In this document: piece by piece, positions 58,190-64,000 of the stretch | Layout: every line of letters starts with the position of its first letter | Position numbering within the stretch: position 1 is the stretch's first letter | Program-made: the position numbers and the translations under genes | Virus record (IMG/VR): IMGVR_UViG_3300042446_001168 | Direction: 5' to 3' (one strand) | Length of the DNA stretch: 64,000 bases | Source: a virus | The notes under the pieces: generated by a model | The model's database searches: none | Told to the model about the DNA's origin: nothing | What the model saw: only the letters and a program-made list of their open reading frames with translations

Positions 58190-58738
58190 ATGGGAGTAAA
58201 AAATCAATTTCCTGCTATATCAAGGCAGAACAGACTCAAAGCTATTGAAGAAGGGTCTACAACTTACATAAGTGGAACCACGTGTAAACACTGTGATACA
58301 ACTGTGAAGTATGTTAAAAACTCTTCTTGTGTAGAATGTACTACGGTGAAAACAAAGCAAAGAGATTCCAGTGTATATTCAAAGTATATTAACTCGGAGA
58401 AGGGTAAAAATTGGAAGAGCTCGTATAGAAAAACTACAGTGTATAAAGAAGTACAAAAAAGATGGTTGGATGCCACTGGGTATGGTTCCTTCAGACAATC
58501 CTTGAGAAGGAAGCAGATAAAAGACTCGATTACTTTATTATCAATTGATGAACTAGAACAAGTTGAGCAGATTTACAAAAAAGCAGCAGAACTAAGACAG
58601 TCAACAGGTAAGATGTATCACGTTGACCATATCATACGGCTGGCTGATGGTGGTACACATTGGCCGGATAATTTACAAATTTTAGATGAATCCACACACC
58701 GTGAGAAAACATCTGGTGAAAATAGAAAGGAGGGTTAG
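58190..58738 (+). CDS. HNH homing endonuclease-like protein
   Basis: CKHC...CVEC zinc motif; YHVDHII.L..GGTHW.DNLQIL....H..K. ATG 58190 taken as start. Confidence 0.85.
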   Translation: MGVKNQFPAISRQNRLKAIEEGSTTYISGTTCKHCDTTVKYVKNSSCVECTTVKTKQRDSSVYSKYINSEKGKNWKSSYRKTTVYKEVQKRWLDATGYGSFRQSLRRKQIKDSITLLSIDELEQVEQIYKKAAELRQSTGKMYHVDHIIRLADGGTHWPDNLQILDESTHREKTSGENRKEG

Positions 58739-58741
58739 TCA

Positions 58742-59798
58742 ATGAAAGTAGCACTTTTGACTGACACGCATTTTCGGTGCTAGAGGAGACCATGCAGCAT
58801 TCGACAAACATTTTAAGAAATTCTACGAGCAAACATTTTTCAGAACTCTCACCGAGCGAGATATACGGCACGTTATTCATCTTGGCGATATGTTTGATCG
58901 TCGCAAGTATATTAACTATCTTACTCTCAGCAATTGCAGGAAGTATTTTTTTGATACTCTTCGTGATCGGGAAATTGAGCTTGATGTTATCGTTGGTAAC
59001 CACGACGTATTCTACAAAAACACAAACGAAGTAAACTCTCCAGAGTTACTACTCACCGAGTATGATAACATTCACCCATACTCTGTAGCCACAAAGCTCA
59101 ACTACGATGGCCTGGATATATTAATGCTTCCATGGATATGCTCTGATAACTATCAAGAGTCCATGAATATAATCAAAGACACAAGTGCTGAAGTCTGCTT
59201 CGGACATCTTGAGCTTGCCGGCTTTCAAATGTATAAAGGACAAAAAAATGATCACGGATTTGATTCTAAAATATTCAGCCGATTTGATCTTGTGTGTAGT
59301 GGTCATTTCCATCATCGCTCAAGCTCTGGCAACATCCACTATCTCGGTAATCCTTACGAACTTACATGGGCTGATTATGAAGATCCACGAGGATTCCATA
59401 TATTCGACACAGAGACCAGGGAGCTAGAGTTTATTCAGAATCCCAATAGAATGTTCCATAAAATATTCTTCAACAAGGACTATACAATTGATGATCATAA
59501 CTATGATGTATTGAAAGATTGTTTTGTTAAAGTTGTGGTTCAGGATAAAGACACTCCAATGAAGTTTGATATCCTAATTGACAAGTTAGAAAAGGTTGGT
59601 ATAGCCGACTTGCAAGTAGTTGATGATCACATGCATATGGATATTGAGGACAACGAGGACATACTAGAGAGCGCTGAAGATACCATGACTCTATTGTCAA
59701 AATTCTGCGATCAGCTAGATGCCACTGTTGATAAAAAAAGGCTTGACGGCCTGCTTAGAAACCTGTACAATGAGGCGGTTAACCTAGAATCCGCATAA
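58742..59798 (+). CDS. gp47: Recombination endonuclease gp47 (Mre11/SbcD-like), interrupted by a +1 frameshift near 58772-58775
   Basis: MKVALLTDTHF in one frame, continued by GARGD...HLGDMFDRRK...GNHD...GHFH in the +1 frame; AAGGAGG SD at 58727-58733. Confidence 0.9.
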
Positions 59799-59801
59799 AC
59801 T

Positions 59802-61520
59802 ATGATATTGTTTTCCAAAGTTAGATGGCGCAATATGCTATCTACGGGTGATGCCTGGACAGAAGTAAACTTCACAAAATCTAAATCGACTCTGGTTGTA
59901 GGGGAGAATGGCGCTGGCAAGAGCACCATTCTTGATGCCGTTTGTTTTGCGTTATTCGGTAAGCCGTTCCGAAAGATAAACAAGCCGCAGCTCGTTAACT
60001 CCATCAACAAAAAGAATATGGTGGTGGAGATAGAGTTTAAGGTAGGTTCTCGAGAATATATTATCAAGCGAGGACAGAAGCCAACTCTTTTTGAGATACT
60101 GGTCAATGGAGAACTCATAAGCCAGAACTCCGAATCCAAAGAGTATCAAGAAATGCTCGAGAAGACCATTCTCAAGCTAAACTTCAAATCATTTTCCCAG
60201 ATTGTTATTCTTGGTAGTGCCTCATTCACGCCCTTCATGCAGCTACCAGCTGCTCATAGAAGAGAGATCATTGAGGACTTGCTTGACATTCAGATATTCT
60301 CTACTATGAATACTCTACTAAAAGAAAAAGTAGCTCTAAACAAACAAGAGATTACGTGTGTTTCTTACGAGATGAAGGTTGCTGCAGACAGGATTGAGTT
60401 ACACAACAAACTTGTAAAGACTCTTACCGACAATAAGCAGACTACAATTACTACAAAGAGTAATCAGCTCAAGGAAGTTACTGGCAACATGCAGATAGCC
60501 CTTGATGTTATTAAGGAGCACAGGGAGAAAGTTATAACGCTCAAAGGTAATATAGTAGACGAGGATGCAGTGTCTGGTAAGTATTCTACCTACATAAGCT
60601 TGAAGCGTGCAGGTGAGAATAAGTTAAAGAACATAAACGATAGCATTGAATTTCTAGAAGATCACGAGAGTTGTCCGACGTGTAATCAAGACATTGATGC
60701 TCATTTTAAATATGGTAGTATTGGAGAGAAGACTACTCAAAAAGTTGATGTTGAAACCTCACTTGCTTCATTGCAAAGACTCATGGTAGCTTTGGAGGAG
60801 AGACTAAAAGATATAGCAGGGGTGCATTCTCTGATACAAGACCAGGATGATCTTATTCAGGACTACAACACTCAAGTAAAGATATACGAGAACACAATTA
60901 AGCTACTACGAGATGAAATAAAATCTTTGCAATCTGAGATTGAAGTGCAGTATACAGATGATGCTGAAGAGTTAACTGCTATCAAACGAACATTAAAAGC
61001 AGCCATTAATACAAAAGAAGAGTTACTGAAGGATAAAGCTGCTCTAGATGTTGCTTCTGTGTTGTTGAGAGACTCTGGAGTAAAGACAAAGATCATTAAG
61101 CAGTACATCCCTGTCATAAACAAGCTCGTCAATAAGTACCTGGCAGCAATGGACTTCTTTGTTAACTTTGAGTTGAACGAGAACTTCGAAGAGACTATCA
61201 GATCAAGACATCGTGATGATTTTAGTTATGAGTCCTTTTCCGAGGGCGAGAAGATGCGCATTGACTTGGCTCTACTATTCACATGGAGAGCAATAAGTAA
61301 ACTACGTAACTCAGCATCAACGAATCTTTTGATCATGGATGAAGTATTTGATAGTTCATTAGACAATAATGGGACGGAAGAGTTCCTTAAAATTATCAAT
61401 ACGTTGACTGCTGACACAAACTTGTTTATAATAAGCCACAAAGGCGATCAACTCTTTGATCGGTTTCATTCTGTAATAAAATTCCAAAAAGTAAAGAACT
61501 TTAGTCAAATGGTGAAATAA
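59802..61520 (+). CDS. gp46: Recombination ATPase gp46 (Rad50/SbcC-like)
   Basis: GENGAGKST, CPTC zinc hook, FSEGEKMRIDLAL, DEVFDSSLD, ISHK. Confidence 0.96.
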   Translation: MILFSKVRWRNMLSTGDAWTEVNFTKSKSTLVVGENGAGKSTILDAVCFALFGKPFRKINKPQLVNSINKKNMVVEIEFKVGSREYIIKRGQKPTLFEILVNGELISQNSESKEYQEMLEKTILKLNFKSFSQIVILGSASFTPFMQLPAAHRREIIEDLLDIQIFSTMNTLLKEKVALNKQEITCVSYEMKVAADRIELHNKLVKTLTDNKQTTITTKSNQLKEVTGNMQIALDVIKEHREKVITLKGNIVDEDAVSGKYSTYISLKRAGENKLKNINDSIEFLEDHESCPTCNQDIDAHFKYGSIGEKTTQKVDVETSLASLQRLMVALEERLKDIAGVHSLIQDQDDLIQDYNTQVKIYENTIKLLRDEIKSLQSEIEVQYTDDAEELTAIKRTLKAAINTKEELLKDKAALDVASVLLRDSGVKTKIIKQYIPVINKLVNKYLAAMDFFVNFELNENFEETIRSRHRDDFSYESFSEGEKMRIDLALLFTWRAISKLRNSASTNLLIMDEVFDSSLDNNGTEEFLKIINTLTADTNLFIISHKGDQLFDRFHSVIKFQKVKNFSQMVK

Positions 61521-62038
61521 TGATATATGAATTAGTGAAGCCGGACCATGTGATGTTGAGAACCAAACTGGATAGATTTGACTTCAACAATCCACCAATG
61601 AATCCTCATGAGCTAGCTAACAACCTCATCGAAACAATGATCCACAACAACGGTATTGGGTTATCTGCCAATCAATGTGGTCTCCCGTACAAAGTATTTG
61701 TGTTGTGGTCAAACCCAACAAAAGTAATGTTTAATCCTACTGTGGCCGATATCTCTACGGAGGAGATTATGTTGGAGGAAGGATGTTTGACGTATCCAAA
61801 TCTTTTCATAAAGATTAAGAGACCGAAGTTAGTCCGTATTAGATACATGGATTCATTTGGAGAAGCTCAGACCGATAAGTTTACTGGGATGACTGCTAGA
61901 TGCGTACTTCATGAGATGGATCATCTGAATGGAGTTAATTTCACACATAAAGCTAGCAAGTTTCATTTTGAGCAAGCCATGAGACAGAGAAATAAACGAG
62001 AAAAATCATATAAGGTGCCTAGCCATGAGCAAAATTAA
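61520..62038 (+). CDS. def: Peptide deformylase
   Basis: GIGLSANQ, EGCL, HEMDHL. Confidence 0.95.
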   Translation: MIYELVKPDHVMLRTKLDRFDFNNPPMNPHELANNLIETMIHNNGIGLSANQCGLPYKVFVLWSNPTKVMFNPTVADISTEEIMLEEGCLTYPNLFIKIKRPKLVRIRYMDSFGEAQTDKFTGMTARCVLHEMDHLNGVNFTHKASKFHFEQAMRQRNKREKSYKVPSHEQN

Positions 62039-62876
62039 AGTAGCAGAATTATTCTATTCTCTTCAGGGTGAAGGGAAATATGTCGGAGTTCCTAGTGTGT
62101 TTTTACGAACATTTGGGTGTAACTTCACTTGTAGTGGATTTGGAATGCCTAAAGGAGACGTATCTAATGAACGAGATGGGATTGCAGTTAATATTGGCCA
62201 GTTTAAATCTTACAACGATCTACCACTTGTTCATACCGGTTGCGATTCTTATGCTAGCTGGGATCCTCGGTTCAAACATCTTTCACCGGTTCTTACTACG
62301 GATTCGATTGTGGAATCAATTAAGGAATTACTCCCGAATAAACACTGGAAAGAAGAACACCTAATTATTACTGGTGGTGAGCCATTACTTGGATGGCAGA
62401 GATCATTTGCCGATCTACTATCACACGAGGGGATGGCTGGCCTCAAGTCTATTACTTTTGAGACCAACGGTACTCAGAAGCTCACAGACGACTTCAAGAA
62501 GTTCTTGTTTCAACATGGATCAAAGAACAAAGGTAATGTTGAGATTGTGTTCTCCGTGAGTGCTAAATTGAGTGCATCAGGAGAAAAATGGGAAGAGGCA
62601 ATTCTACCAGCAGTTGTAGCTGATTATGAACAGTACGGTGAAGTATATCTGAAGTTTGTGGTTGATAAGGATAGTGACATTGAAGAAGTTGATAGAGCGG
62701 TGTATGTGTACAGAGATAATGGGATTCGTGGTAACATATATCTGATGCCTGTTGGAGGAACTGATCAGATATACTTTAGTAACTTCAAAGCTGTTGCAGA
62801 AATGGCCATGAAGCGTGGGTGGAGATATAGTCCAAGATTGCAGGTAGATATTTGGCGTAACGCATGGGGTACTTGA
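62025..62876 (+). CDS. queE: 7-carboxy-7-deazaguanine synthase QueE (radical SAM)
   Basis: ELFYSLQGEG...G.PSVFLR.FGCN..C...CDS, ITGGEPL, ETNGT, SPRL.V.IW. Confidence 0.88.
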   Translation: MSKIKVAELFYSLQGEGKYVGVPSVFLRTFGCNFTCSGFGMPKGDVSNERDGIAVNIGQFKSYNDLPLVHTGCDSYASWDPRFKHLSPVLTTDSIVESIKELLPNKHWKEEHLIITGGEPLLGWQRSFADLLSHEGMAGLKSITFETNGTQKLTDDFKKFLFQHGSKNKGNVEIVFSVSAKLSASGEKWEEAILPAVVADYEQYGEVYLKFVVDKDSDIEEVDRAVYVYRDNGIRGNIYLMPVGGTDQIYFSNFKAVAEMAMKRGWRYSPRLQVDIWRNAWGT

Positions 62877-62879
62877 TAA

Positions 62880-63353
62880 ATGGACATTGACCAAAATGAT
62901 TTCAATAAAGCAGTTGATAGCCTTTGTGTACAAATCAGAGAGAGTCAGGTTAAATTTGACTTCATTGTTGGAATCAGTCGTGGGGGCCTTATTCCTAGTG
63001 TTCTTTTGTCTCACCGTCTTCAGATTCCTCTTAGGACTGTAGAGTGGTCAACAAGGGATTCAGGTCTCAGGAATTGTTCCCCTGATATTGCCTATCAAGC
63101 AAGATATAAATCACCAACATATGAACGTAAGAACATATTAGTAGTAGATGACATTGTTGATAGTGGTATTACAATCAAAGAGCTACTTGATAGTTGGCAA
63201 ATGAAGGATAGTGATAACGTCAAGTTAGCATGTATAGTATTTAACAAGGAACAGCGATTGATAACACCTGATTACTATTATCAAGTGATAGATCGAAGTG
63301 AAAATAAACAATGGGTAAATTTTTGGTGGGAGCAAAATGAATCAACCAGTTAA
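62880..63353 (+). CDS. Purine phosphoribosyltransferase (Gpt-like)
   Basis: GISRGGLIP...SH.L, ILVVDDIVDSG.T (PRPP-binding motif), WV.F.WE. Confidence 0.88.
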   Translation: MDIDQNDFNKAVDSLCVQIRESQVKFDFIVGISRGGLIPSVLLSHRLQIPLRTVEWSTRDSGLRNCSPDIAYQARYKSPTYERKNILVVDDIVDSGITIKELLDSWQMKDSDNVKLACIVFNKEQRLITPDYYYQVIDRSENKQWVNFWWEQNESTS

Positions 63354-63837
63354 TTATAAATTCGTATCAACAAAAGAGTATGTGGATGCCTTCCCATGTG
63401 CTTACAGACAATTCCGTGCAGATTCTCACTGCAACCTAATTCATGGGTACAGCTTCTCCATGAAGTTCTACTTTGGAACCAACGACCTTGACGTTCGTAA
63501 TTGGGCTGCTGACTATGGTGGATTGAAAGAGCTAAAGGAAGTACTACAGGAACAGTTTGACCATACCCTTCTTGTAGCAGAGGATGATCCTGAGCTAGAG
63601 ACCTATAAACTTCTACAAGAGAAGAAGATGGCTAAGCTAACCATCCTACCACGACTGGGATGCGAAGGCCTGGCCGATTCGCTTTACAAGTATGTTAATG
63701 GAGTTTACATTCCTGACTATTGGGGTCCTGGTGAGTCGCGTCGTCTTTGGTGCTATCGTGTAGAGGTTCGCGAGACTCAAAGTAATATGGCTTTCCGAGA
63801 AGGACATCGTGAGTGGAACGAGGATCTATTCGAATGA
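63337..63837 (+). CDS. queD: 6-carboxy-5,6,7,8-tetrahydropterin synthase QueD-like
   Basis: C..IHGY, DYG.LK......FDH, E.LA, VEVRET. Confidence 0.85.
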   Translation: MNQPVNYKFVSTKEYVDAFPCAYRQFRADSHCNLIHGYSFSMKFYFGTNDLDVRNWAADYGGLKELKEVLQEQFDHTLLVAEDDPELETYKLLQEKKMAKLTILPRLGCEGLADSLYKYVNGVYIPDYWGPGESRRLWCYRVEVRETQSNMAFREGHREWNEDLFE

Positions 63838-64000
63838 GAGAGGGTAGGTACATACGAAAGAACTTTGATTGGGTGCCTGACGGAGTGTATGACAGTGAAT
63901 TCTATCTGGTCCGGTATGTTATTGAGGATGGAGCCCATCACATAGCCATTTCAAAAATGTGGCTGGATGATGGTGGTCCAGATGATGCTGATATAGCGTT
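63834..64000 (+). CDS. Hypothetical protein (partial, runs off the window end)
   Basis: ATG overlaps the queD stop (ATGA); the frame is open to the end: MREGRYIRKNFDWVPDGVYDSEFYLVRY... Confidence 0.5.
   Translation, partial: MREGRYIRKNFDWVPDGVYDSEFYLVRYVIEDGAHHIAISKMWLDDGGPDDADIA

Noticed and set aside
58777-59034. 85-aa hydrophobic ORF that looks like a membrane protein
   Set aside because: Alternative frame overlapping the conserved gp47 N-terminal region; no own SD.
1-64000. tRNA/rRNA genes, integrase, or stop-codon reassignment
   Set aside because: Intergenic gaps are short with no cloverleaf seen and no integrase motif. Genes read through under the standard code and end in TAA, TGA or TAG. 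The gp47 break is a frame change, not a read-through stop.

Overview
A 64 kb segment of a T4-like (Tevenvirinae/cyanophage-type gene set) contractile-tailed myophage genome, coded almost entirely on the + strand. Order: partial gp4 (minus strand, missed by the ORF track); baseplate (gp48, gp53, hub, gp5, PAAR, gp25, gp6, gp7, gp8, DUF4815-type protein); about 17 kb of Asn/Ser/Thr-rich repetitive tail-fibre genes; an accessory island (ADP-heptose pathway HldE-type nucleotidyltransferase and kinase, HldD-type epimerase, GT9-like glycosyltransferase, then three paralogous S74-chaperone proteins, each with its own late promoter); neck, terminase, sheath, tube, portal, prohead and capsid genes (gp13-gp23, gp3); then a sigma70-type promoter driving uvsY, uvsW, gp55, an HNH gene, gp47, gp46, peptide deformylase and a queE-PRTase-queD cluster. 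The best candidate for an undescribed system is a phage-encoded heptosylation module with adjacent candidate virion substrates (35.6-41.0 kb). Other notable items: a +1 frameshift at CAT-TTT-CGG in gp47, an RBS-sequestering hairpin with a late promoter in its loop ahead of the HNH gene, a 20-bp duplication at the uvsY/uvsW junction, and a PRTase embedded in the 7-deazaguanine cluster. All assignments come from motif recognition and synteny; no database searches were run.
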